A DNA stretch of 64,000 bases from NCBI GenBank assembly GCA_034679345.1, contig JAXDAY010000030.1:52925-116924 (forward strand), given 5' to 3'. Below the pieces are notes generated by a model. The model was not told the DNA's origin. It searched no databases and saw nothing but the letters and a program-made list of their open reading frames with translations. Source of the stretch: Candidatus Eiseniibacteriota bacterium (lineage in GTDB: Bacteria > Eisenbacteria > RBG-16-71-46 > CAIMUX01 > VGJL01). Below, piece after piece: positions 29,486-38,355 of the stretch (its first letter is position 1; each line of letters begins with the position of its first letter). The position numbers and the translations under genes are program-made.

Positions 29486-30480
29486 ACGCCCCGGTCGCCG
29501 TCATCGGCGCGGGCTCCTGGGGCACAACCCTTTCGATTCTGCTGGCGCGCAACGGGCTGGAAGTGAGGATGCGAGAGCCGGACCCTGATCTCGCCGCCAG
29601 AATGGAGTCCGAGAGGGAAAACGCCAACTTCCTCCCAGGTTTCCTCTTCCCTCAGACCCTTCATGTGATGTATGACATGGAGTCGGCGATCCACGGAGCG
29701 TCCGCCGTCGTGCTGGCCGTGCCATCGCAGGCCCTGCGCGGCGTCGTCTCCGAGGTTCCCCGAGACTGCGGCAGGGGCATGCCGTGGGTGGTCGCCACCA
29801 AGGGGCTCGAGGAAGGTAGCGGTTATCGGATGACGGAGGTCGTCTCGCAGGTCCGGCCTGGTGATCGAACCGCAGTTCTCGCCGGTCCGAGTCTCGCGCG
29901 CGAAGTGGCCGCGGGGCTGCCGACGAGCGTGTTGAGCGCCTCCACCGACCGGGCAACGGCCGAAGAGGTCCGCGATCTCTTCCACTCCGCGACGTTTCGT
30001 GTCTACACGAGCGAGGACCCGATCGGCGTCGAGATCGGGACATCTCTCAAGAACGTGGTCGCCCTCGCCGCGGGGATCAGCGAAGGAATGCAGCTAGGCG
30101 CCAACACCCTGGGCGCTCTCCTGACCCGCGGCCTCGCGGAGATCACGCGCATGGGGGTGTCCCTGGGCGCGCGCCGCGAGACCTTCCTGGGCCTGGCGGG
30201 CGTGGGCGATCTCGTCACCACCTGCTCCTCGCCCTTGAGCCGGAATCGGAGCCTCGGCTTCGCGATCGGCCGCGGGACTCCCGTCGATGAGGCGATGGCC
30301 GCCATGACCCAGGTCGCCGAGGGAGTGCCGACGACCCGATCCGCGGTCCAGCTCGGCCGTCGGCTGCGAGTCGAGCTTCCGATCGCCGAGCAGGTCCATC
30401 GCGTGCTCTTCGAGCGCGTCGATCCACGCGAAGCGCTCCGCGCCCTGATGGGCCGTCCGCCGCGCGGGGAGGGGCAATGA
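29482..30480 (+). CDS. gpsA: NAD(P)H-dependent glycerol-3-phosphate dehydrogenase GpsA
   Basis: Rossmann motif VAVIGAGSWGTTLS; a GTG start overlapping the plsY stop; the canonical plsY-gpsA pairing. Confidence 0.9.
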   Translation: MNAPVAVIGAGSWGTTLSILLARNGLEVRMREPDPDLAARMESERENANFLPGFLFPQTLHVMYDMESAIHGASAVVLAVPSQALRGVVSEVPRDCGRGMPWVVATKGLEEGSGYRMTEVVSQVRPGDRTAVLAGPSLAREVAAGLPTSVLSASTDRATAEEVRDLFHSATFRVYTSEDPIGVEIGTSLKNVVALAAGISEGMQLGANTLGALLTRGLAEITRMGVSLGARRETFLGLAGVGDLVTTCSSPLSRNRSLGFAIGRGTPVDEAMAAMTQVAEGVPTTRSAVQLGRRLRVELPIAEQVHRVLFERVDPREALRALMGRPPRGEGQ

Positions 30481-30869
30481 CCGATCGAGCGACGGCAGGG
30501 AAGCCGGACCCCGACGAACGGGACAAGACCTACTACTCGATCGCCGAAGCCTCGGAGCGGCTCGACGTGCGTCCTCACGTCTTGAGGTACTGGGAGACTC
30601 AGTTTCCGATGCTCCGGCCGAAGAAGGGGAGATCCGGGAGTCGCATGTATCGCGCTCGTGACCTCGAGCTTCTCGAGCGGATCAAGACACTCCTCTACGA
30701 AAAGGGTTTCACGATCAAGGGGGCGAAGCGCCGACTCCGGGTGGAAGCGCGCTCGACGCCAGAGGAAGGGCAGCTCGGGCTCGGGATCGAGAATCCGTGG
30801 ATCGAGGGCCTGACGATGATCCGCGACGAGCTGACCGAGATTCTCAACCTGCTCCAATCGCGCCGCTGA
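30477..30869 (+). CDS. MerR-family transcriptional regulator
   Basis: HTH YYSIAEASERLDVRPHVLRYWE, typical of MerR; 130 aa; ATGA overlap with gpsA. Confidence 0.75.
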   Translation: MTDRATAGKPDPDERDKTYYSIAEASERLDVRPHVLRYWETQFPMLRPKKGRSGSRMYRARDLELLERIKTLLYEKGFTIKGAKRRLRVEARSTPEEGQLGLGIENPWIEGLTMIRDELTEILNLLQSRR

Positions 30870-30911
30870 CCTCTCTTCCGGAGCGCGTGGAAGGCAATCG
30901 TCGGCAGCGAC

Positions 30912-31329
30912 CTACAATCGGGCTCGTATCCCCTTCACTCCTGGAAGACGCGCGAGATCCCAGCGCTTCACTAGTTCGAAGATGGCATCCACGGGATTGC
31001 CTACGGCTGCCGCGGGAGCGGCGCGCTGCAGTCCTGCGCGGCTGGCGATCGGCATCTGACCGGAGGGGAGAACGCGTCGTAGTTCGGCCTCAGCGAACCC
31101 GCGGATCATGATGCGATACCCCACCGGGTGAGACTCGGACCGTGATGGCAACGACTTCCTCGGCGATCTCTACGGGTGCCGCGTCCGTCATCAGGGCCGG
31201 AGTCCAGCCTGGGACGAGCTGATCGGGTGGCCGATCCGCCTCCCGAAGACACGCGGCAACGCGTGCGGCCTCGGTCTCGGCAGAGGGAGAGCCGGCCCAC
31301 CCGGCGTACGCGGCCGCAGCCCGGGCCAT
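30912..31329 (-). pseudogene. Probable frameshifted gene remnant (two overlapping minus-strand ORFs in different frames)
   Basis: ORFs 31090..31329 and 30912..31151 on the minus strand overlap by about 60 nt in different frames, consistent with one about 140-aa gene broken by a frameshift. Family not recognised; it lies in an atypically low-density 735-bp region. Confidence 0.3.
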
Positions 31330-31469
31330 CCCATGCGACCACAGTCACAGATTTGCGCGAGCCCAGCGCGTCCCACCCCTGCCCCGGAACCTGTATCTCG
31401 CTCCCGGATAAAGAAATACTCTGCGTCCTCGTGACTGCGGCTGGAAGCCGGCCATTCTGATAGGCTGGG

Positions 31470-31510
31470 GAACGTTTTCACTATGGAAATAGACGAAAGA
31501 GACGTATAAT
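31470..31510 (+). promoter_or_regulatory. Candidate sigma70-type promoter upstream of the PEP-CTERM gene
   Basis: A perfect TATAAT at 31505..31510 within the only AT-rich patch of the region, with a weak -35-like hexamer (tatgga/atggaa) about 17 nt upstream; about 95 nt before the ATG at 31606, which has an AAGGAGG RBS. Confidence 0.3.
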
Positions 31511-31605
31511 GATTTCCAGATCGGCATTCGACTGGACCCGAACGGGGTCCGCGCTTCCGATGTGTTGACGCGCGGGAGCCCTATTCAAGTCGAAGGAGGA
31601 TTCAC

Positions 31606-32286
31606 ATGCGCTCGTTCGGTATTGGACTGCTCATCATTGTTCTCGCAGTGCTTGTCGCAGGACTGAGCCCGACCGCCTCTCAGGCGTATGTCGGGATGCT
31701 CTCGAGCGCCACCGGAGGAATCCTCGGAACGGGGAACTGGGTGCTTGGGGGAACGACGGCGATGGAGTGGACCGTCACCCAGAACCAGGACCTCACCTGG
31801 CACTACGACTACCTTCTGTCGCATCCGGATGGCGAGACGAGCCACATCCTTCTCGAGGTTTCGCCGACCTTCGGTTTGGACAACCTGCTCAATCCGGGGG
31901 GCGACTTTGGCGAGATCCTGCTCCAGACATGGACGGATCAAGAGGGGAACCCGAATCTTCCGGACATCCTGTATGGAATCAAGTTCAACGAGACCTCCGG
32001 TACCGCGACGCACATCTACTTCGACAGCGACCGCGCGCCGATGTGGGGCGATTTCTATGCGAAGGATGGAAATTCGGGGGGCCAAGGCGTCAACACCGCC
32101 TGGAACGCCGGCTTCACGCTCCCCGACTCCGATCCGATCACGGTCCCGCCGCATGACGGCAGCGAGATGAATCACATCCTGGTGCCCGACACGCAGGTGA
32201 ATCCGATCCCGGAGCCGATGACCCTCCTCCTTCTGAGTGGCGGCCTCCTTGCGGGGGCCCTGGCGCATCGTCGCCGCCGGGCGTAG
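31606..32286 (+). CDS. PEP-CTERM sorting-domain protein (putative exosortase substrate)
   Basis: N-terminal signal peptide; the C-terminal tripartite sorting signal PIPEP-MTLLLLSGGLLAGALA-HRRRRA at the very C-terminus. Confidence 0.8.
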   Translation: MRSFGIGLLIIVLAVLVAGLSPTASQAYVGMLSSATGGILGTGNWVLGGTTAMEWTVTQNQDLTWHYDYLLSHPDGETSHILLEVSPTFGLDNLLNPGGDFGEILLQTWTDQEGNPNLPDILYGIKFNETSGTATHIYFDSDRAPMWGDFYAKDGNSGGQGVNTAWNAGFTLPDSDPITVPPHDGSEMNHILVPDTQVNPIPEPMTLLLLSGGLLAGALAHRRRRA

Positions 32287-32437
32287 CTTCTCGATCCCAC
32301 CTCCATCGGAACCCCGCCGGAGCCCTCAAGTCCGGCGGGGTATTCGTTTCCCTCCGCCCCTTGCATTCGCCCCGCGCCCCGTGGATACTCTAGCTTGCGG
32401 GTTCGAGGCTGAGACAAGGCTCGGACCGACGTTCGGG

Positions 32438-32515
<78 letters not shown>

Positions 32516-32543
32516 GTCTTTTCCGCGAGGATCCTGCCCAGGT

Positions 32544-33311
32544 ATGGAAATCCTGATCACGAACGACGACGGCGTCCTGGCCGAGGGCCTGCGCGTGCTT
32601 CGACACGCCCTCGAGCCGCTGGGACGCGTCTGGGTCGTGGCCCCAGAGCGGGAGCAGAGCGCCACGAGCCACGCTTTGACGATCCACCGCCCCCTGCGCG
32701 TGCGCCGGTTGGAGGAGGGCGTCCTGGCCGTCGACGGCACTCCGACCGACTGCGTCCTTCTCGCCTGCCGCGGCATTCCGGGCCTCCTCGAAGTCTCCGT
32801 CGATCTCGTGGTGTCAGGGATCAACCACGGCGCCAACGCGGGAGACGACGTCGCCTACTCGGGCACCGTCGCCGCCGCCGTGGAGGGCCGGATGATGGGC
32901 CGTCCGGCGATGGCAATCTCCCTCGACGATTGGGAGCCGGGAGGATTCGAGGCCGCGGGGGAGGTGGCGCGCCTGCTCGCGTCCAAGGTCGTCGCCTCGG
33001 GAGCGCCCTCCGGAAGCCTCCTGAACGTGAACGTCCCCAGCCCGTCCAACGGAGGGATCCGGGGCTACCGTGTGACACGGCTCGGCAAACGGGTCTATTC
33101 CGACCGCATCGTCGCCAAGACCGATCCGCGCGGCCGCCCCTACTACTGGATCGGTGGGGAGGAGCCGGCCGGGCACGCGGACCCGGGGACCGACATCGAG
33201 GCGATCGAGGCGGGTTTCGTCTCTGTGACGCCGATCCGCCTCGATTGGACAGACGACTGCGCATTCTCGCTTCTGAGAGGCTGGGACCTTCCGGACGGCG
33301 AGGAGAGATGA
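32544..33311 (+). CDS. surE: 5'/3'-nucleotidase SurE
   Basis: N-terminal MEILITNDDGV and SGINHGAN motifs. Confidence 0.9.
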   Translation: MEILITNDDGVLAEGLRVLRHALEPLGRVWVVAPEREQSATSHALTIHRPLRVRRLEEGVLAVDGTPTDCVLLACRGIPGLLEVSVDLVVSGINHGANAGDDVAYSGTVAAAVEGRMMGRPAMAISLDDWEPGGFEAAGEVARLLASKVVASGAPSGSLLNVNVPSPSNGGIRGYRVTRLGKRVYSDRIVAKTDPRGRPYYWIGGEEPAGHADPGTDIEAIEAGFVSVTPIRLDWTDDCAFSLLRGWDLPDGEER

Positions 33312-33973
33312 CCCAGCCCCAGTTCGACCCGCTCGCCGCGCGGGAGCGGATGATCGATCGACAGATCCGTTCGCGGGGGATCGTGGACGAGCGAATCCTT
33401 GCCGCCTTCCGCGCCGTCCCTCGCCACCTCTTCGTCGATCCAGCGATGGAGGGAAGCGCATACGGAGACCACGCCCTTCCGATCGGCCAGGGGCAAACAA
33501 TCTCTCAACCTTACATGGTGGCCCTCATGACTCAGGCGCTCGACCTCGAAGAGGGAGACCGGATCCTCGAGATCGGGACTGGTTCGGGCTACCAGGCGGC
33601 GATTCTCGCGCACCTGGTCCGGACTGTCTTCACCATCGAGCGCATCGCTCCGCTTGCCCAGCGAGCCCAGCGGATCCTGGCTGAGATCGGCATCACCAAC
33701 GTGATCCAGCGCGTGGGCGATGGGAGCGTCGGCTGGAGCGAGTTCGCTCCCTATGACGGAATCGTGGTTACCGCCGGCGCGCCCCGATTGCCCGAGGGGC
33801 TCGCCGATCAGCTGGCCGTGGGGGGGCGGATGGTCATCCCCGTCGGAAGTGGCGCGCAACAAGTGCTACGGATCGTCGAGCGCGCGGCCGATGGATATAT
33901 CGACCGTGAGGGCGGCCTCTGCGCGTTCGTTCCCCTCATCGGAAGGCGGGGATGGAAGGAGGCGGGGAGCTGA
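33308..33973 (+). CDS. pcm: Protein-L-isoaspartate O-methyltransferase
   Basis: SAM-binding motif ILEIGTGSGYQAAILA; the conserved surE-pcm pairing with an ATGA overlap. Confidence 0.9.
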   Translation: MTQPQFDPLAARERMIDRQIRSRGIVDERILAAFRAVPRHLFVDPAMEGSAYGDHALPIGQGQTISQPYMVALMTQALDLEEGDRILEIGTGSGYQAAILAHLVRTVFTIERIAPLAQRAQRILAEIGITNVIQRVGDGSVGWSEFAPYDGIVVTAGAPRLPEGLADQLAVGGRMVIPVGSGAQQVLRIVERAADGYIDREGGLCAFVPLIGRRGWKEAGS

Positions 33974-34033
33974 TTCCACGCTTGTCATCCGAACGAAGTT
34001 GGTGCTAGCGTTCTTCAAGTTATTGGGTCGGGT

Positions 34034-34110
<77 letters not shown>

Positions 34111-34129
34111 TCAAACGACGAGGAGCCGC

Positions 34130-34681
34130 ATGCGTCCGGATCTTCCGCTCCGACTGCGCGCCGCCATCCGGAACATCCCCGATTTCCCCAAGCCCGGGAT
34201 CCTATTCCGAGACGTGACGACCCTGCTCCTGGAGCCCGCCCTTGTGGCTGACGCAGTCGAGGCGATCTGGGAGCCGTATGCGGCGACCGATGTGAGCCAC
34301 GTGGTCGCCGTCGAGGCGCGCGGCTTCATCCTCGGCGCAGGCCTGGCTCTCCAGCGGCGATTGCCGCTCGTATTGCTGCGCAAGCCCGGCAAGCTCCCCG
34401 GCAGGACGATCGCGGAGTCCTACGACCTGGAATACGGACAGAGCCGCCTGGAGGCGCACGCCGATGCCCTGAAACCGGGGGATCGCGCGCTCGTCGTCGA
34501 CGACCTGCTGGCGACGGGGGGCACGGCCGCCGCTGCGGGAAGGCTCGTCCGGCGTTGCGGAGCGGTTGTCGTCGGCTATGCGTTCCTGGTCGAGCTCGAC
34601 GGCCTCGGCGGTCGCGAGAAGCTCGATCACCCCGCCGTGATCTCTCTCGTCCGCTATCGCGCGGACGATGGGCCGGCTTGA
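34130..34681 (+). CDS. apt: Adenine phosphoribosyltransferase
   Basis: PRTase motif ALVVDDLLATGGT; 183 aa. Confidence 0.9.
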   Translation: MRPDLPLRLRAAIRNIPDFPKPGILFRDVTTLLLEPALVADAVEAIWEPYAATDVSHVVAVEARGFILGAGLALQRRLPLVLLRKPGKLPGRTIAESYDLEYGQSRLEAHADALKPGDRALVVDDLLATGGTAAAAGRLVRRCGAVVVGYAFLVELDGLGGREKLDHPAVISLVRYRADDGPA

Positions 34682-34720
34682 CCTTCCCCTGGAGATCGGT
34701 CACCCTGCAGCCGTTTCCGG

Positions 34721-34794
<74 letters not shown>

Positions 34795-34880
34795 GGCACC
34801 CGCCCCGCGCATCGGTTCGGTGCGCGGGGCGCCCGTACCGGTCCGACACCCGGCAGGCCGCTACCGGGACTCCGCGGCTC

Positions 34881-36740
34881 GTGCGATACTCTCCAGTGAT
34901 GAATCTCGAAGAGAAGCTCAGGCTCCTGCCCGATCGTAGCGGCGTCTACCTGTTTCGCGACGCGGCCGGCAGCGTGCTCTACGTGGGCAAGGCGAAGCGG
35001 CTGCACCTGCGCGTGCGGAGCTACTTCCGGCGCGGCGGCGATTCCGAATCGCGCCTGGGCCATCTCGTCGCCCGGATCCAGGATCTCGAGACCCTGGTGA
35101 CCGCCAACGAGAGCGAGGCGTTGATCCTCGAGGCCAATCTGATCAAACGCCACCGGCCGCCGTTCAACATCCTCCTGAAGGACGACAAGCGCTACCCGCT
35201 CCTCAAGGTCACTCTCGCCCATCGCTTTCCCGGCCTCTTCATCGCCCGTCGCGCCGTCCCCGACGGCTCGCGCTACTTCGGCCCCTACACGCACGTCAAG
35301 GATCTGCGTCAGACGCTCAAGATGCTGCGCAAGATCTTCCCTTTGCGCAACTGCTCCGACCGAAGGATCGAGCGGTCGGGGCGGGAGTGCCTCGAGTACT
35401 TCATCGACCGGTGCCCCGCCCCCTGCACGCGCAGGACTGAGCCCGACGAGTACGCAACGATCGTCGCGCGCCTCATCCGCTTCCTGGAGGGCGACGTCGC
35501 CTCAGTCGTCGAGGAGTTGGCCTCCAAGATGCGGGAGGAGGCGCGGAGCTTTCGTTTCGAGGAGGCGGCGAGGTCCCGGGACGCCATCGCCACCCTGGAA
35601 CGGCTCGCGCAGCAACAGCGGATGACACCGCCCATCCCCGCCGACACCGACGTCGCCGCGGTCGTCCGCCGGGGCGACCGCGCGTGCGGCGTGCTCCTGC
35701 ACGTTCGCGAAGCGAAGGTGATCGGACAGGAAGCGAGGATCCTGCTGCGCGCCGAGGGATCGCGGCCCGATGAGATCCTGCGGGCGTTCATCATGCAGCA
35801 CTACGCCGAATCGCCCGCGATCCCGGCTGCAATCGCTTGCCACATCCTGCCGCGCGATCGCGATGCCCTCGAGGTTTGGCTGGGCGAACGGGCGGGGCGT
35901 CCGGTGCGCTTGAAGCTCGCGCGGGGAGCTTCGCTCGCGCCGCTCGCGCAGGCGGCGCGAGAGAACGCCCACCTCCGTCTGGAAGCGGAGGAGCTCAAGG
36001 AAAAGCAGCGCCGGGCCCGGATCGGCGCCGGCGTCTACGACCTTCAGGAGCGACTCGATCTCACGCGCACGCCCTATCGCATCGAGGGCTTCGACATCTC
36101 GAACCTGCAAGCGACCGACGCGGTCGCCTCCATGGTCTGCTTTCAGGACGGGATGCCTCAGAAGGGATCCTACCGGCGCTTCCGGATCCGGGATGTGGAA
36201 GGTCCCGACGACGTGGCGATGATCGGAGAGGTGATCCGGCGGCGTTTGCGGCGCCTGCGCGACTCGGACGGCCCCATCCCCGATCTGATCCTGATCGATG
36301 GAGGCCAGGGGCAGCTAGCCCGGGCCTGCCGCGTGATGGAGGAAGAGGGCATGGCCGGCATCCAGATCCTCGCTCTGGCGAAGCGCGAGGAGCTGATCGT
36401 CGTGCCCGGCCGCGCCGAAGCGGTCCGCCTTCCGCGCAATGCGGAGGGGCTCCGCCTGCTCATGAGGGTGCGCAACGAGGCGCATCGCTTCGCGATCGCC
36501 TATCACCGGCTCCTGAGGGGTCGACGCCAGGTCCGCTCCGGACTCGATCCGCTGCCGGGGATCGGCGACCGCAGGCGGGCGCTGCTGCTGCGCCGCTTCG
36601 GCAGTCTCGAGGCGATTCGAGGCGCCGCGGTTCGCGATCTGATGGACGTCGAGGGGATCGGGAAGAGGACTGCGGAGCGGATCCGCGAGTTCCTCGACCG
36701 GACGGATCCGGCCGCGGGTGGGAAGGGAGATACGGCTTGA
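34881..36740 (+). CDS. uvrC: Excinuclease ABC subunit C
   Basis: N-terminal GIY-YIG (GVYLFRDAAGSVLYVGKAKRL); a UVR domain; a C-terminal RNaseH-like/HhH region; 619 aa. Confidence 0.9.
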   Translation: MRYSPVMNLEEKLRLLPDRSGVYLFRDAAGSVLYVGKAKRLHLRVRSYFRRGGDSESRLGHLVARIQDLETLVTANESEALILEANLIKRHRPPFNILLKDDKRYPLLKVTLAHRFPGLFIARRAVPDGSRYFGPYTHVKDLRQTLKMLRKIFPLRNCSDRRIERSGRECLEYFIDRCPAPCTRRTEPDEYATIVARLIRFLEGDVASVVEELASKMREEARSFRFEEAARSRDAIATLERLAQQQRMTPPIPADTDVAAVVRRGDRACGVLLHVREAKVIGQEARILLRAEGSRPDEILRAFIMQHYAESPAIPAAIACHILPRDRDALEVWLGERAGRPVRLKLARGASLAPLAQAARENAHLRLEAEELKEKQRRARIGAGVYDLQERLDLTRTPYRIEGFDISNLQATDAVASMVCFQDGMPQKGSYRRFRIRDVEGPDDVAMIGEVIRRRLRRLRDSDGPIPDLILIDGGQGQLARACRVMEEEGMAGIQILALAKREELIVVPGRAEAVRLPRNAEGLRLLMRVRNEAHRFAIAYHRLLRGRRQVRSGLDPLPGIGDRRRALLLRRFGSLEAIRGAAVRDLMDVEGIGKRTAERIREFLDRTDPAAGGKGDTA

Positions 36741-37660
36741 CCGGGCGCGAAGAGCCGGTGGACGCCTACTTGGACCACTTGCGGCTGGAGCGGAGACTCT
36801 CGCCGCGCACGATTCTCTCCTATCGAAGCGATCTCCAGCAACACCTCGAGTTCCTGGCCTCGCGGGGGGGAGCCGATTGGAAAAGGATCGACACCGAGCT
36901 CTTGCGCGCCGACTTGGCGCGGCTTCACCGGCAAGGTCGCGCGCGACGGAGCCAGCAACGGTATCGGAGCAGTCTCCGGGGCTTCTACCGCTTCCTCCTG
37001 AGGGAGGGTTGGATCGATCGCGACCCCTCCGTCGACCTCGAGGGGCCGCGCACGCCGCGCAACCTCCCGAAGTGCCTGAGCCGCAGCGAGGTGGACCGGT
37101 TGCTGGAAGCCTGCGCGGGAGAAGGTCCCCTCGACCTGCGAGATCGTGCGATGATGGAGGTCGCCTATGGAGCCGGATTGCGGGTATCGGAGCTCGTAGG
37201 CTTGGGAGTGGAGGAGTGCGACCTGGAGAAGCGTTGGGTCCGAGTGGTGGGGAAGGGGGACCGGGAGCGCGTCGTCCCCCTCGGCGCTCCCGCCTGCCGG
37301 TCGGTCCGGCTCTACCTCCGCCGGGGGCGTCCCGCGATCATGAAGGCCAGGCACTGCCCCAAGCTATTCGTCAACCGCTGGGGGCGCCCGCTCAGCCGTA
37401 TGGGGTTCTTCCGGATTCTCCGCCGCCGCGGCGAAGTCGCCGCTCTCGACGCCCGTCGCCTGCATCCCCATCTCTTGAGGCACACATTCGCCACGCATCT
37501 TCTCGAGGCGGGCGCGTCGCTGCGGATCGTTCAGGAGCTCCTCGGTCACCGCTCCCTGGCGACGACGGAGATCTACACGGCCGTCGATCGATCATTCCTT
37601 CGGAGAGTCCATCGTCGCTTCCATCCTCGGGGTGGAGGAAGCCAACAGGAGGAGAGATGA
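36737..37660 (+). CDS. xerD: Tyrosine recombinase, XerD/XerC family
   Basis: N-terminal SAM-like domain (LDHLRLERRLSPRTILSYRSDLQQ); a catalytic C-terminus with the R..HxxR..Y pentad (LRHTFATHLL...GHRSLATTEIYT); a TTG/GTG start overlapping the uvrC stop. Confidence 0.85.
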   Translation: MTGREEPVDAYLDHLRLERRLSPRTILSYRSDLQQHLEFLASRGGADWKRIDTELLRADLARLHRQGRARRSQQRYRSSLRGFYRFLLREGWIDRDPSVDLEGPRTPRNLPKCLSRSEVDRLLEACAGEGPLDLRDRAMMEVAYGAGLRVSELVGLGVEECDLEKRWVRVVGKGDRERVVPLGAPACRSVRLYLRRGRPAIMKARHCPKLFVNRWGRPLSRMGFFRILRRRGEVAALDARRLHPHLLRHTFATHLLEAGASLRIVQELLGHRSLATTEIYTAVDRSFLRRVHRRFHPRGGGSQQEER

Positions 37661-38343
37661 AAATCCTGCGCGCCATTCCGCTCCCCGTCCCGGGGATCCC
37701 GACATGCGCCGTCCTGGCCGCGGCGGCCGCAATTCTCTGCCTCGGCCCGGCGCCGGCCGAGGCCTACGAGCATCGCACCAGCACGCCCAGCTTCGGAGCC
37801 CAGATCGGCTACGGTCGGATCGTTCACGGCGACACCTACCACATCGCGAACTGGCCGCTGCCCGATGGTGGGAGCATGGAGGCCGATTTCGACCTGGACG
37901 ACACCCATTCCAGGTGGGGACCGTCGGGCCACATCGGCGTTCGCTTCGTGCTCGACCGCAGCCATGCGCTGGGCTTCGGCTTCGACGACCTACGCTACCG
38001 CAGGGAGGGGGGTTACACCGAGGAGCAGAAGGAGGTGATCCCCAGGTGGGTGAAGTTCACCACATTCCACGCGGATTATTATCTCTACTTTCAGCGGCGA
38101 TCGAGACTCTGTTACTATGTAGCGCCGTTCGCGGGGCTTCAGCAGAGGGAGCTTCGTTTCAAGGGAAGCGAGGTCCAAACACAAGAATATCGTTTCCTTT
38201 ACGGCAGCGCGGTGGGGGTCGAGTATTTCGTTCGCAGGAGTTTCAGCTTCGATTTGGGGACGCGGATCTTCGCCCTTCGCGGGGGTGACGGGACCACGGT
38301 CGTCCTCCAGCCGGCGTTAGGCATTCAAGTCTATGTCATTTGA
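37657..38343 (+). CDS. Small outer-membrane beta-barrel protein (OmpA-like/OmpW-like porin family), hypothetical
   Basis: Signal peptide MKILRAIPLPVPGIPTCAVLAAAAAILCLGPAPAEA; alternating aromatic/hydrophobic beta-strand pattern (YYLYF, FLYGSAVGVEYF, LGIQVYVI); ATGA overlap with the xerD stop. Confidence 0.6.
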   Translation: MKILRAIPLPVPGIPTCAVLAAAAAILCLGPAPAEAYEHRTSTPSFGAQIGYGRIVHGDTYHIANWPLPDGGSMEADFDLDDTHSRWGPSGHIGVRFVLDRSHALGFGFDDLRYRREGGYTEEQKEVIPRWVKFTTFHADYYLYFQRRSRLCYYVAPFAGLQQRELRFKGSEVQTQEYRFLYGSAVGVEYFVRRSFSFDLGTRIFALRGGDGTTVVLQPALGIQVYVI

Positions 38344-38355
38344 CGGGAGAGGCGA

